DNA of 64,000 nucleotides from Chlorokybus atmophyticus (Eukaryota; Plantae; Mesostigma and Chlorokybus algae), in contig RHPI01002069.1 of the NCBI GenBank assembly GCA_009103225.1, forward strand, positions 1,822,846 through 1,886,845, in the 5' to 3' direction. The position numbers and the translations under genes were made by a program. Below the pieces are notes generated by a model. That model was not told the DNA's origin and did no database searches. It saw only the letters and a program-made list of their open reading frames with translations. Of the stretch, positions 43,201-62,782 are shown one piece after another. How positions within the stretch are numbered: position 1 is the first letter of the stretch; each line of letters opens with the position of its first letter.

Positions 43201-45916
43201 CAGGAGCCGTTGTTGCAACAGAGAAAGCCAGGTTCGCCGTCTGTGACCACTGAAACCGCCCGTAGAATATTGCAGACGCTGGATCAATTGTCGTCGCCCA
43301 TGGTGCGTTGTTTCTATGGCCAACGCAGTGCATGAATGGTAGTCACCTGGGTACAGCACATCTGACACTGGGCATGACAGGATTTAAGGAAAAGTCTCAA
43401 TGCAGCCTCGACACCTCCTCGCCAAGCCTTGGATTTGGCAACCAAGATACCTCGGACGACTTCAAGCACTCAGCCTTCCCCTCCACCACCAACAGAGTCA
43501 TTGACACCAGCAAATAAGGTTCACCCAGAGAGGCCGAGCCGTGATCGCGCTGAGCAAGGGTCTGCACCTTCAACTGCTGCATCAGCACGATTACCAGCAC
43601 CTTCGTTCACCCCTTCCCCTGCACCGAAGCCAGCCTTTTCCTTCGGGCTGAAACCATCAAAGCCAGTAGCAAGTGGCAATGTGTTCAGTCGGTTGTCACC
43701 AAACAGGTCACCAGAACAGCCAGTGGCCAAAGCAACCTCACACGAGGATAAACAGAAACCAGGGACCTCAGAGGTTAGCAACGTCGTTGCTTGTAAGTTG
43801 GGTGTGTTGCATGTTTTGCTTACATCGGTGTTCAGCAGGCAACATGGCCGACAACATCTGCTAAGAGGGCTCTTGCCAGCGAGAATACAGCTCCAGTGTT
43901 TGCTGGCTTCAACCAGTTGCAGCCTACGAGTCACCCAGCTACACCAGTTTTCAGTATGCCAGGCAGGGCAACACCAAGCTCAGCGCCCGCAGCTGCCATA
44001 GATAAGGATTCAACTGCACCGTCCTTCAGCTTCTCTGAGCCTGCACCTGTGGAGCCGATTGCAAGCAATGATGCCAAGGCGGTAGCGTCTGACCTGGCTG
44101 ACAAAGTCCCTGTGCCTACATTCACCTTTGCATCCCCGGACAGCAGCCTGAAGTACGCTTGTATGCTAATGCAGACTCTGCAGTGTGCAGGATAATCTGG
44201 CTAACTGTTGCTTTGTGTAGCAGACATCGGGAATCCAGACAGGAAGACAAAATGCCTGCGCTCGCAAATGGTGGGACGCCCGCCGTTGCAGACACAGCGC
44301 TGCCTACACGCCCGCTGTTTTCATTTGCACAAGCAGCGCCCACGGACGCAACCAAGGATGCACATAAGCCTGCTATGCCCTTTGGAGCACCTTTAGCCAT
44401 GCAGTTTGGTGCGACGCAATCAAGCACCACAGCTCCCTCATTCACTTTGCCCAGTACCACCACATCCACAGCGAGTGTGTTTTCTGCAACTGCCAGCCTG
44501 CCTGCAACAGGTTTGCTGGATTTTCTGAAGTCCACAGCGGCTGAGAAGGATGCGCCTGATGCCGAGAAGACGCCTGCCACGCGCTCAACGTCTGCTGAAA
44601 TCGCGGCTGATGGGGTCACTGCGATGATACCGTCCGTGAAGCCTGCATTTGGTGATGCGGTTGCAACGGCATTTACATTTGGTCAAGCACTGAAGCCAGC
44701 TGAGAGCATCCACCTCACTCCAACCACAGGATTCGGGTCCCTGTCTCAAGCAGCTGCCTCCAGTCCTGCTGTACAGGCATTGCCACCTCCTGAAGAGAAG
44801 CCAGCTAGTGCTTCGCTGTTTACATTTGGGTCTGCTGCACTTGCCAGCACCAGTGCAGTGGGAGCTGCGACCTCAGCACCTGTGCTCTTCGGCACAACAT
44901 CAGCACCTCTGTTTAGTAGTGCTCCAGAGACCCCTTTTAAGTTTGGAGGTGCCTCAGCAGCAATAGCGAATACAAGTGGGACAAGCAGTGTCACAACGTT
45001 TACGGGGTTTACATTTGGTGGCGCTCCAGCCTCATCTGCTGCAGAGCCACAACTGGTCTCGTTTGGTGCAAAACCTACTGTGGATCAAGTGGCATCCACG
45101 CCAGCACCGTCTCAGTTTGGCCGTGCAACTGGCGAGCAGACGTCGGGACCATTCACACCAATTTCGCATCAAGACAGTCAACCAATCAGCGAAGAAATGG
45201 GAGATGCGGCACCAATGGGCATGAGTCCTTCTTCTCCGATGGGGACTCCCTTGGCCTCAGTGCAAACTCCACCTGTGTTTGGCTTGCCAAGTGCAGCAAC
45301 ACCATTCCCATTTGGTTCAAGCTCTGCATCAGCGTTTGGAGGCTCAACGCCTGCATTCACAGCCCCGGCCTTCGGTAGCTCGACACAGGCTTTTAATGCG
45401 TTCGGCAGCTCGGCAACAACACCAGCATTTGGCGGTTCAACTCCTGCGTTTGGAGGCTCTGCAGGTGCTTTTGCAAGCTCTGCGGGCTTCGGCTCAGCAC
45501 CTGCGTTTGGTGGTTCCACCCCAGGGTTTGGCGATGCGGCCTCATCTGCTCCGTTGTTCGGTGCAGGTTCCTCCACACCAGTGTTTGGTGCGGCGTCCAC
45601 CCCTGCGCTGGGCGCAACATCTGCGCCAAGCTTTGGCTTTGGTTCTGCTCCTGCTTTTGGTGCTGCTTTCGGTGCATCATCGGCAGCAGCTCCCGCTCCC
45701 GCATTTGGCGCGCCACCTTCTTCCCCGGTTGTATTTGGAGCTCCGCCTGGCACTCCTGTCGCGCAACCGGGCGCCTTCCCTTTGGTTGGCGCCCAGACAC
45801 CGCCGCCGCAGCAGTCGCAGGGCGGATTTGTATTTAATGCCGGTGCGAATACACCAGCGCCTGGCGGAAGAGTTGTTAGGAAGGCGAAACGACCTGCTGG
45901 TGCGAAGCGAAAGTAG
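40244..45916 (+). CDS. NUP1: FG-repeat nuclear basket nucleoporin, plant NUP1/NUP136-like; multi-exon
   Basis: N-terminal GGK.RG..R...NPYAR...W..RL motif as in plant NUP1; many F/FG/FTFG repeats in the 44159-45916 ORF; basic C-terminus GGRVVRKAKRPAGAKRK*. Confidence 0.8.
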
Positions 45917-48900
45917 TGGTATTCTAGTTAGGCGCAGCACAGTTTTGAGTGTAGACTGACAGTGTGGGGTTGGTGTGCGTTATGTTACACTAGTACAATT
46001 GCCGCACCAGAGCACATGTTGCTGTGCATACCCTGTACACAGCCACTGTGTTCTGCAGTCAGCACCGTGCATGAGCATGCATGCGGCTCAAACTAGCGTA
46101 CACTCCCAGACCCAATTACAGATAGGCGGGCAAAACCCAATGCAGTATATGCTGGTTTAGCTACGGCCGCTGAGGTGTATATATGTGTGCTATGTACACA
46201 CAACTATAGCCTGCTAGGCGCAATGCAAATGGTGGCGTGCAGAGTGTAAGGAGGGAGGGAACCCTCGGGTGCAAGCATAGGAAAGGGCAAGAGAGGAGAG
46301 GTTTGGAGTGGTTAGCAATGCAGCTAGTGATGTGGTGGTGGATATGGGCGTGCTTGCGGCCTAGAAGGCTAACACCCCCCGCTGCCAACTGAGCGGTACA
46401 CCCTACACAACATGCATCATGTTTATATGCTTAGAAAGCAAGGCACAACACAGCACAGCACAGCTAGAGTGCACGCTGACTGCATCGGTGACGATCAGAT
46501 TAGCTACAGGCAACATAAGATGCATGAACTTCAGCAGGCATTGTAATTGCCGCCCACAGCTCTAGCAGGGGGCATCTACATATAGGAGATGCTAATTGTC
46601 GTAGAGTCTGCAACTGGTGCATCAGTGCCATTGTTTGACTTTATGTGTGTTTCAAAGGAAGGACATAGGCCTTTGCACCAAGGTCTACAACAAGAGACGT
46701 GGCAATGCCTATGTGGACATCCGCATGCAAAGGACACCTCGTCATCGTTATAATATTGCGCGCACAACCAAAGAGGGAGTGGTTGTGTTGCAATGCATTC
46801 GCTTCTGCCGCATTTGCACATACCGCTCCCATTTCCTGTAAGACGCTGCTTTTAACAATTGTTGAGGGACATGATCCGAGCTGGCTATACTCAGAGACAA
46901 TTGTTACGAAGGTTGCGGGGAAAGCTGTGGAGTATGCCATGCATGGCATACAATACGAACTACAGTTGTACAACTTGGTGGTCCACAGGTTGGAGATGGC
47001 ATGAACGCATGAATAAGAGTGAGAGCTGCAAACCCAGTTTATACGACAGCGCACAACAACGACAACATGTAAGTACGGGTAATGTAGTGTGGGGAGCAGA
47101 TTCTCTGCCCGCATACATGTCCGGTCCATGCACACCACACATCAACATGCATGACTGTCTTCTTGGCTATCTGCTTGTGAACTATGCTTGTACACTATGT
47201 GCATGGTTGTACATGGCATGTACACTGCCATAATGCCCTACTGTGCACTTGGCGCCTAATTTGCAGTGCGCCCTAATGAGACCTGTTGTGAGTGATTGCC
47301 GCGAAGGGGAATAAGAGAGCGAACATCAGCTCGAACCCTAGGGGCATAAAAGTTCGAATAAGTGTGGGTCGTCGTCGTCTCTGGCGGCACTAGCTGGCTG
47401 GCTAACTTGTCCTTCCTCCGCGGTGCTCTGTAGGTGCTTTGCTGCTTGCCGCTACCCCTTCCCTCTGCCCCCACTCCTCCAACCCCAGTCCATAGCTAGT
47501 GCACTTAGCTATAGCCTAGTGGGGCCCCCCACACCGTTGTTTTGCCCTTGCTTGTGTTTTATCAAGCTTTGTTGCGTTGTGCTTGCTTGCTTGACTGGCT
47601 AGCCCCACACCATCTGTTGTGTATTATGCAGCAATGGGTTGGCTTGGGCTTCAGGCCCAATCTATAAACTGAGTCAGTGCATAGCCTTCACGAAGTGAAG
47701 TGAATGTGCATAAGCCAACCACACAATGCACATGTACAGCAGCTGATCAAGAGGTAGCAGCAGCCGCCATGGGCAAAGACCACCACATTTTGTATGCTCA
47801 TATATCAAACGCAAGCGCCACATGTTAGCAATTACAAAGTGCACAAAAACTTGGATACTAATACAGCATGCACCGTGTGGAGCTTGGCATACATTCTTAA
47901 AGCTGCCGTGGACAGTGTGGGCATTGCCAACTGGCGCCAGAGTTGTGACCGCAAATCTTCTGCGCCCTATTCGCTAGTTTCCATGTACATGGGCACAAAA
48001 CATAAAAGTGTGCACAATATGCGTAGCCTGATCGTGCTTATTACCTTATGCATAGTACGCATAAGGTAGCATGTATAAAACTCCCCTCGTACGGCACACA
48101 TGCTAGTGCATTGCACACGTTTGACATGCCTCAAGATGTAATACGTGCCAATGTGCACATTGCACTTCACAGTTATGTATGCATACTCATCCAGCGCACA
48201 CATGCACGACCGGGCTAAGCTACTTCGGTTCTGTTTTCAATCTTCATGGCTACCCCTTGTCATGCGTGCATGCATGCACCCATGGCGGTTACACGCTACA
48301 CACGCGGGCGGGCGTGGCTTGCGTCTAGATAGACAATCATAGCTGTGAAGTGTGTATGTGATAATTTTGAGGGGCGCGGCATACAACTAATTGACGTGTG
48401 CACACAGTGTGATCAATGGTTGCATGATGTTGTCACCACGAATTTGGTTGTGCCCATCGAAAAGATGTAGCCTTCATCTTTTGGAGTGCTTGAAACACAA
48501 TGTTTTTAGCACACCATGCACCTCAACCCCAACCGACACACGCAACCTTGCTCTTTTATCGAGTTGGGATAAGGTTAACACACCGAGTTTACAAGCAATG
48601 AGTAGTTGATGGCAATAAACATAGGCTTAAAAGACTTGCTAGCTTACACCCCATGTTAGTGACAGATGCACCCGCAACATTGTGCTCATTGTATTACTGC
48701 CTATAACACACGCTGTTCTCTTTCAACAAACCAAAAAGTGTGCACTCCGTCACGGTCAGTTCTTACTTGTGCGCAATACAATGTTTCCACAATAACTTTT
48801 TATAATGAGTGCATGTGAGGCGTTTTGCTTAATCAACATTAATCAATAACAATACATGTTGTTATGCATGTATAATATAATGCATGTTAAAAGACTTTGC

Positions 48901-49180
48901 ACACATCATGTGAAACGCTCATTGTTCATCTGTAATGTTGTACATAGTATGAGTGCATGCTGGTGTACTGATCAATGTGCCTATACCTACATTTGAACAA
49001 TGTTTGCCGCATGCATACCTTTGATGTATGCTGCATGTGTCATGCGAGAAAATCCTGAAAACCTGCCGCCTTACTAAGCTACTAGGCGCTAAACATGTTG
49101 AGACCGCTTGTGCGGCGCACTAGCAATGAGTACTAACGTGCGTAGCCGGGGTCACAAACGTGCACGTTCGCAAAACTTCA

Positions 49181-49188
49181 AAACCCTA
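49181..49188 (+). promoter_or_regulatory. Telo-box upstream of UBP12/13
   Basis: AAACCCTA about 300 nt upstream of the ATG at 49484. Confidence 0.5.
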
Positions 49189-49483
49189 GCCCCTGCCCTT
49201 CTGCCCCAAGGTGCGCCCTTCGTCCCGTAGGAAGGAAGGTCTGGGCGGGTTGCGCTCGCCGCCGCCGCTGCCGCTACCGGAGGCTTCAGCGTAGGGCTGC
49301 TATTGGATGCTTGCTAAAAACCTGTTGTCATCATCTATCTTTGAGTAGAAGCACGCTTGCTCCTCCTGTCCGTGTCACACTCTTTCCCTCCTTTGTTTTG
49401 CCGCCGTGGCGATTCTGCAGCACAACAAACAGCAGCCTGCCAGGCGTGTCACAGCTGGCGGTCCCGACTTTAACGCCACCGCC

Positions 49484-55417
<5,934 letters not shown>

Positions 55418-57142
55418 TAGTCAAGGCAGACTGAGTCTCTCGCATGCTGGCCCCATGCGAGCGCGTTTTTCTACTTCAGGCGGAGTTGGTCCGCCGTTGC
55501 ACATGGCTTGCACTTAGTTGCAACTCTGCACGTTGTGAAGCGTTTCCACTATTGATGTGGCGCTCTGGTGGTGTGTAGTTGGTTGACTTTTGTACATTGT
55601 GAAACATCCTGTGCAGTACAGGAGCTTGACTGTATGATTGTAGGTATGCCCTTTGTTGGTAGCAGTGCCAGTGTGACGAGCGAAATGGCCTGGCACCTGA
55701 TCTTGTTGTGCTGGTGTTTGCCATGACATGTATGTACATCAAGGGTAAGCCACTATGAGGGTACAGGATAAGCGTGAAGCTGTTGTGTACCATGGGCCCT
55801 TGTTGCATTTGTCTGATTCTACCTTCGCTGTTGCAATGTTGGGCCTTAATTGCTGTGGCCTGGTTGTTACTGATTTGCATTATGTGCTGGCTGCTATGTG
55901 GACGGTTGGTTGGTTTGGCTATGCTGCTACGATGAGGGGATACGGTCAACTATTGGCAGTTGTACTACAATGGACGTGTGCAATGTCGCGAGTGTGACAC
56001 CCTCAAAGGAGCAATTTTGGTCTTCGTGGTGCTGCTAATGGATATTTGGATAAACATTGAAAAAATATTCAAGCAAGATAACACACGTCCCTCCAGCCCA
56101 TATGCGTGCACTTGGATAGTGCACATGTCTCATTACTAGTACAGCAACATCGTCACACATAGCTACGTACTGTCATCCATGCCTATTACAGTGTACAAGC
56201 GCACTCACACGCACGCAAGCAGCGTGCAAACACGCCAACAGTGCACATAGTTTTGCATTGCCCCTGCCTTAATAAAGTCCTAACTGTACAAAAGGGTATA
56301 GATTGACCGATTTTGATGCAAGAAACACTCAAGCACACAGTCCACCAGCATGCACTCAAGCCCACAAGCATGCACAGAAGCAGCACAAGGCAATCTATTA
56401 CCACAGGAGCACGTAACTAAGTGCTGTAACTAAGTGACTGCAACGGGGTAGTGAGGAGCAGGCAGAGTTGTTGGGCAAGCAGACCTGGGCATTGCCGCCA
56501 GAGGCCCACGATGGGAATGTGGAGGATGTGGAGGTAGTACAGCAGCAACAGGCAGCAAAGGTAGGAGCAGGGCGAGGGCGGGTGTGCAATGTGATGCTGT
56601 GCTGCTAAATGGTGGATGGCGCCGCCACTTTGCTGCTCGGCCGGTCCTGGTCTTGCCGTGTAAGACCTACAGTTCGCAAGGGTATGCTGTTATGTGCTTG
56701 TGAACTGCCTTAGGGCGGCTTGCTGCCTGCTATTGCTTTGCACTTGCTTTGCACTGGGCTACAGATAAGCCTATAGACTCGGTTGTGCCTATGGTAGTGC
56801 AATCCCTAGAACATTGAAGCCAGTGTGTCGGTTACAATCCGCGTGTGTTGGTTGTGAGTTGCACGCACAGGAGATGGAATAAGAAGCTGGCTGCTGAAGA
56901 AGTTCGCGGGGGCTGGGCGTTGACATTGTCGTATGGTCGTATGGTCGTTGTCGTTGTGGCCTACCTCGTGGTCTCACCTGTACTTCTCTCCCTCCTCCTT
57001 CCTTTCCTTCTTCTCCTGCGCCTGCAGGTACTGCTGCTGGACACTGCTGCAGCCGTCATCTTCCTGTCGCGTCACTTTGCAACAAACACTTTGCACGTAG
57101 CCCAGCCCTCTTAGCTTTGTAGGCTGCTTGTAATCAGCTAGT

Positions 57143-57200
57143 GTGCTTGTGCTTGTGCTTGTGCTTGTGCTTGTGCTTGTGCTTGTGCTTGTGCTTGTGC
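57143..57200. repeat. (GTGCTT)n microsatellite
   Basis: About 9 tandem hexamers. Confidence 0.85.
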
Positions 57201-57761
57201 GCGTGCTTGTGCTGGCTGCGTGCGCGTGTGACAGTGCATGTGACAGTAATTGTGTGTTTGCAATGCTATACCCTATGTGTCCCTGCAACCCATGGTAAGA
57301 GCTCCTTGGGCCACTAACGTAAGCGCTGCAGCTTAGCAGCAATTTCTGTCACTAGATTATGTCAAATGGACACAAGGTCCCAGTGCATATGCATGACGCA
57401 GTAAGCAACATAGGCCCAATACAGACTGATGGTTGTCCTACCCATGCAGAATTGCATGTCGCATGGTGTGTACAACAGCAATGCAAAAGCAATGTTACTG
57501 TGCCGCACAGCTGCCATGCGGAGCTTGAACACAAAGCTACCAAGCCAAGCATGAAGAAATGCACCATGCACATTTAAGCTGTGTTTTCCACTTGTAGTGG
57601 CGAGCTGAACAGTTGCAATGGCACTCACATCAGGCGTGATACTGACTGTTAGTTGGCGTCCACAAGCAGCCAGTCCCACACAAGTGAATGCAGATACAAT
57701 GAGCTGTTCATTGCAATGGTCCGTTTTAAGCACAATCAGATACAAGGCAGGTGCTGTATTC

Positions 57762-58912
57762 CTAAGCTGCGTCTCCCTCGACACGAACACCCTTTTCGCT
57801 GACATAGATGCCATCCAGGAACTTGCGGATGTCCTTCCTCTTGACGAGGCAGACCTGCACAAGAGTGTTGGCACAAAACAAAACTGAATGGTTGAACAAA
57901 TGTGAGAAATGCTGCCGCATGCAAAACACAGAATAAAAATGCAACAACCAGCGCCGCAAGCGCACCTGGTTAATCAGCGCGCATGATCGTGACACAAGCT
58001 CAATATCATTGCCCTCCACGGCAACCTCATCCTTAGCCGTTGTTCGCTGGATGCTAACGCCATCCAACATCTGAACTCGGCGAACCTGTTGAAGGCATGC
58101 ATCAGTGCGCACATATCACACTGCATGCAGGCATCAACTGTAGCCCCTGCCATAAAATTGCACATCATGCAAGCTTGCTGAAGCCAACAACTACCTTCTT
58201 CTCGCCCAGGAAGTTTCGGATCTCAATAGCATTGGCGCTGTCTGGGATGCTAGCGTTGATGGGAAAATGAGCGTACACAAAACGCATTTTGTACCGGTAG
58301 CCCTTGGTCACTCCGGTAATCATGTTGCTGATGTGACTGCATGCTGTGCGGATGGTGGAGTTGCGCTTGCGGGAACCGAACCAAGCATCAACCTGTTTGC
58401 AAAACAACAAAACTACATCAACACCTGCAAGCATCAATGCATGTGGAGGTGATAAGCACAGTTGCTGTCTAGTACGCAAGTAATTCCAGGACACTTTCAA
58501 CTTGTGATGCTTCATCTGACTCGCAATCCAATTGACGGAGCACCAATGCAGCGCTTGGCAATCAGACAGGGTTGCAAATGTGACTGAGATAGCGTTTTTC
58601 CGTTGTCGACTAGTAATGCTGCCTGAACACTCGTCCGCTGATGAACACTGGATGCACGCAACAACCATGGCTGATCACACAGACTTTGCGAAACAGCTGC
58701 TCACAGTTATGTTGCCTAGTATGCAAAGCTCACACAAGCTAGTCTACCTGCAGCTGCTTCCCGCCTTCCAGCAAGTACATGTCCAGCTGGAGATGCTTGA
58801 AGTCGCGGGTGAGCACGCCGCGGGGCCCCGTGACGCGGATCTTCTTTGCCTTGAGCTCCAGCTTGATGCCATCTGGAATGTCCACCGTCTGCGTCGCCAC
58901 GATGGTCTTCAT
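57762..58912 (-). CDS. RPL9: 60S ribosomal protein L9 (uL6); 4 exons
   Basis: [100 protein letters not shown]. Confidence 0.97.
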
Positions 58913-58987
58913 CTTGGCGTAGCGGTGCGCAGACCTCCCACGCCCGCCGCCCCCACCGCCGCTGCCGCCGCTGCAGCCAAAGAGACC

Positions 58988-58995
58988 AAACCCTA
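58988..58995 (-). promoter_or_regulatory. Telo-box near the RPL9 start (RPL9/MOG1 divergent promoter)
   Basis: AAACCCTA about 75 nt upstream of the RPL9 ATG, the typical location in plant ribosomal-protein genes. Confidence 0.65.
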
Positions 58996-59175
58996 GCGGC
59001 CGGCGGCTCCTTGTGCGTTGCGCACAGACACTGTGCAGCGTCGCACAAGCCACCGATGTGCCCTATTAGGTTTAGCACTCAAACGGAGTACTGATATCGG
59101 GGTCAGATTGTATAGATGGTGTTCCAAACCCTCATTTGGGTGTGGCGGCTGGCACAGCTGGCGGCGGCGGCGGCC

Positions 59176-60784
59176 ATGGCGCCATGCGAGTCCGTCAGCG
59201 TAAGGCCACTGTTTGGGGGCGCCATGCAGTGCGTTCTGCCGGATCGGCTCGTGGTGAGGGGCCAGCTTGACGATTGCTATTTCTGCTGCTTTGTTGGGCC
59301 GTATGCATTGCCGTGCATGGCAATGCACATGCGGACGCCTGGAGAAGGCTAAAGGTTACAATGTGTTCAGGATGTCAGCCAGCTACGGGACGTTCCTGAC
59401 AACCAGGTGAGTGCTGTGAGTATCGCTTGTAAGGCATGCGTCGACCCATTGTCTTGTGTCTGCTCGTTTTTCGACTGTCAACTCTGCTGAGACAATGTGC
59501 TGAGTGTTATTAATATTGTTAGCTGACTGGTGTAATACATGCACGCAGGAGGCCTTTGTTGATGCCCAGCGTGACCACAGCGTGATTGTGGAAATTCTGG
59601 AGCATGTGCCTGGACTTGAGGTACTGATGCTTGTGGCTAGCCACCTACAATAACGCCTGTGGTGCTGTTGGTTGTGCTGCTGACGCTGTCAACTGTTGTA
59701 ACGTCTGTGGGCAATGAGTACGAATTGCTCGACACATGCTCTTATGCAGGATGCCAGCAGCGCCACATGGTTTTTTCACGACCTGGCTGGAGAGATGGAA
59801 TCCGCTGGCACTGTAAGCGTCCATGCTGCCGTCTAGCTGGAGTGCGCAAAAGTACAGTGAGGTTGGAATGTTGGCAACCTCAAGTCTCAACTGTGTATGC
59901 CATGGTCTTGTTTGTCCCCTGTCAAAGCTGCGCTGTTTGCCGTCCCCTTCGATTCAAGCAGAAACCTGCATTGTGTTTGGGACCTTCCTTTATGCGCAAG
60001 ATTGAGCTGGCCGCCACTGTCGCCTGAGGACAACTCATTGCTGTGTTCACAGACAGCGGCGGCCACATATTGTGTTGCAGTTGCATGCGCGCAAGTGTTG
60101 GAAAGAATTGTGCCTATCGACAAGTCAATATGTGCTCTCCACACAGGTTGTGGAGCTTGCGCAGCCCTTGAGCGCAGGCGATGTGCCCTTAATGGATGCG
60201 TCCTGGCCCAAAAGTGCCGCCGTTGGTGTGCAGGTAAACCATTGTTCCATACCTGTGCCCCTTACGCCGCGTGCTTGTCTAACTGCATCATGCTGTGCTT
60301 GCATAGCTGATGGCATTATGTTTCGCAGGCTGTTGCCAAGTACCGCGAGGGACCAGATGCACGCAACCTCGTTCGGGTATTGGAAGTCATTTTGCATCAT
60401 GCTTTACAGACACCAGTTTCTCTGTGCTTGCTTACAAGGTTGTGCATGCGGTTATCAATCATTGCAGGTGCATTTGGTGAATGTACGAATTCCAGCCGTT
60501 GATTCAGACATCCTGGTCACGCTATACGAACCAGTAGCCATCAGGTAAGCTACGCAGTTAGCATGCAGTTAATACTAGCGCAGAGAGCAGTGTGCGATTG
60601 CTAGCTATGTGCGCAGTGGGTAACAAGAATCAACCCATGATTTTGTCTTGACAGCGCGCAAAGCAGCAGTGCCACAGCAGTTGCTGGGGGAGCCTCGTCG
60701 GCATGCATGCCAGTAGCAGAGGTTTTTCGCTTGCTGCTGAGCTCGCTGAAGATCAGTGACATGCGCTTGTTTGGGCATGAGTGA
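59176..60784 (+). CDS. MOG1: Ran guanine-nucleotide release factor MOG1; multi-exon
   Basis: RPLFGGAMQCVLP, DVSQLRDVPDNQEAFVD, SVIVEILE, WFFHDLA, AVAKYRE, VRIPAVDSDILVTLYEP, LSSLKISDMRLFG*. Confidence 0.9.
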
Positions 60785-61739
60785 CAGCCGTGACCGTTAG
60801 CTGCAATAAACTGGCCAGTCTGGGCGATAATAACACGCTGCAGAAAAGGCATTATCAGATTGAAATGTGCACTGTCGTGTAGTAAAGTTTACCTGTACAT
60901 TCAGTGGTGCTGGTTGGTTTGCTGCATGGTTAGTGTTTGACGCATATTTCTGGCTGCCGTTTTCACAATGACCTACGAATTCATTTCAACATGCCTCATG
61001 CTTGACTGTCGCAGCTCCTGGTTTCAGTGGATCTAATCGAGTGCGGCTTGTTGGAGGCTGCAGATGGGCACCACCTAGGTGGAACACAAGGACGCACACA
61101 TGTTTGCTACATTCTCATGCATGCCACAATCCTTGCATACTATATTATACAAGTACGATGACTGACTGTCTCACGCAGTTGTTCAGCAAGAATTAGCATT
61201 TCTATGCTTTACATGCTGGCACAGCAGCATACCCCTTTGTACATCAACCATCATGGAGAGTAACATGCAGTGTCATACAGCACACCATCAACCAGTACAT
61301 GCTCAATCACTGGACTAGTCAAATACCTCACGTGCTTATGTCTGTGCAATAACTGGATGCACTACTTGACATGCATTACATCTAGCTATGTGTGCCGATG
61401 TTGCTGTACTAGTAACGAGAGAGATTACATCTGATCTGGGGTCGCCGGCATGGTCACCAACGGTTGGCTTGGTGGTGATGCAGTGCATGTGTCATAATGG
61501 CAAACAACTCCGCCGCAAACAACTGGCTAGATTTCTCTGATAGCAAGGCGAGGGCAGCTTCACACTTACTGCACAGTACAAGTTGGGCTAAGGTGGAAAC
61601 CACACTTGAAGAGAGTGTTCTGTACACACAGCAGTAGTAGCCTGCTGAGCAGTGGGGCGGCGGCAGGTAGGTAGGGTCGTCTGGGATGGGTTGGGGCCGG
61701 TTTGCAACACAGAACCATGAGAAGATGGGCTCTTTCTTC

Positions 61740-62129
61740 TCAGCGGCGGGCGCGGTTGTCTGCGTTCTCCTTGAGACGCTGGATGAGGTACATGGTAGCT
61801 GCAAAGATCGCCGTGTGCACCGCCACCGCCGACCCCGGCGTCCTCATCGGACTCAGCGCCACAAACCTCCCCGGATCCTAGTGGTGGTAACAACACCACC
61901 ATGACCATCACCACTATCATCAGCAACAGCAACAACAACACCTCACCTTGGCAGGGATCTCGAGGAGGAAGCCCGGGGAGAGCAGAGCGAACAGGGCGGA
62001 GGGGACGATGACGCCGCCGACGAGGGGGGCGCCGGCCTCCCTGTCCGCCTTCTCGATGTACCCGCGGGTCTGCCTCCACGCCGCATCTGTCTTGTCCTTG
62101 TCCTGCGGGTCCCGGTCCGCCGGCGCCAT
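61740..62129 (-). CDS. Small membrane protein, DUF3339-like; 2 exons
   Basis: GGVIVPSALFALLSPGFLLEIP | DPGRFVALSPMRTPGSAVAVHTAIFAATMYLI matches the LF.LLSPG.L...P / T......VH..IF pattern of DUF3339 proteins. Stop TGA at 61740. Confidence 0.75.
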
Positions 62130-62553
62130 CCTAGCCTGCTGCTTTGCCAGTACCTGCCAGGTGCCTCTACCTCAGCACAATCAGGGGTGGGTGGGGGGTC
62201 TGTGTGGGTGTGTTCATGATTGTGTACGTGACAGACCAACTCACAGACGCTACGAGTCACGTATGTGGACCGTCCAACCATAATAACTGTCATGTAGCTG
62301 GATCAGCAGCATGTTGTGTGCATTCACTGTTGCATGAATGGAGTGGAGTAGTGGTAAAACAGCTGAAAGTCATTCAAATGCCGTCAATGACCGCTTTGCT
62401 AGCTGGGTGTCATCAGGACAGGTCCACTGCATGCACCCAGATGCCGTCTAGATGCCACCCTTAAGCAGAATTGAGCGTATGGATGGGCAGGCTGGCACAT
62501 ACTCTCTCAACGTTGGCGGATCATGCATGCTCACATGCATGCATGCATGCATG

Positions 62554-62573
62554 TGAAAGTGACGTCACTTTCA
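62554..62573. promoter_or_regulatory. Perfect 20-bp palindrome with a TGACGTCA core, preceded by a (CATG)5 run
   Basis: TGAAAGTGACGTCACTTTCA; CATG repeats at about 62534-62553. Confidence 0.45.
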
Positions 62574-62782
62574 TGCATATCGCCCAGATGACGAAACCGA
62601 CTTTAAGCTGCGGCAAGTATGCTTCGTTGTGGCAAACAGTAGGCTAGCAGTGCTGGAAAACAAGGCCAAGAGAGTATAAAGCAGCGCGTGGTGTATGCAA
62701 TGTGGACAACAACGTGGACTAGGCACGACTGCAACAGCACCCTTTATATATAGTCATGCAACTTGCTTCTTCAAAGAGGCGC

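Noticed and set aside
45178-45959. Overlapping 135-226-aa ORFs in other frames and strands
   Set aside because: Shadows of the GC-rich FG-repeat exon of NUP1.
58430-58740. Intronic snoRNA in RPL9
   Set aside because: No convincing C/D box pair with a terminal stem, or H/ACA layout, by eye.
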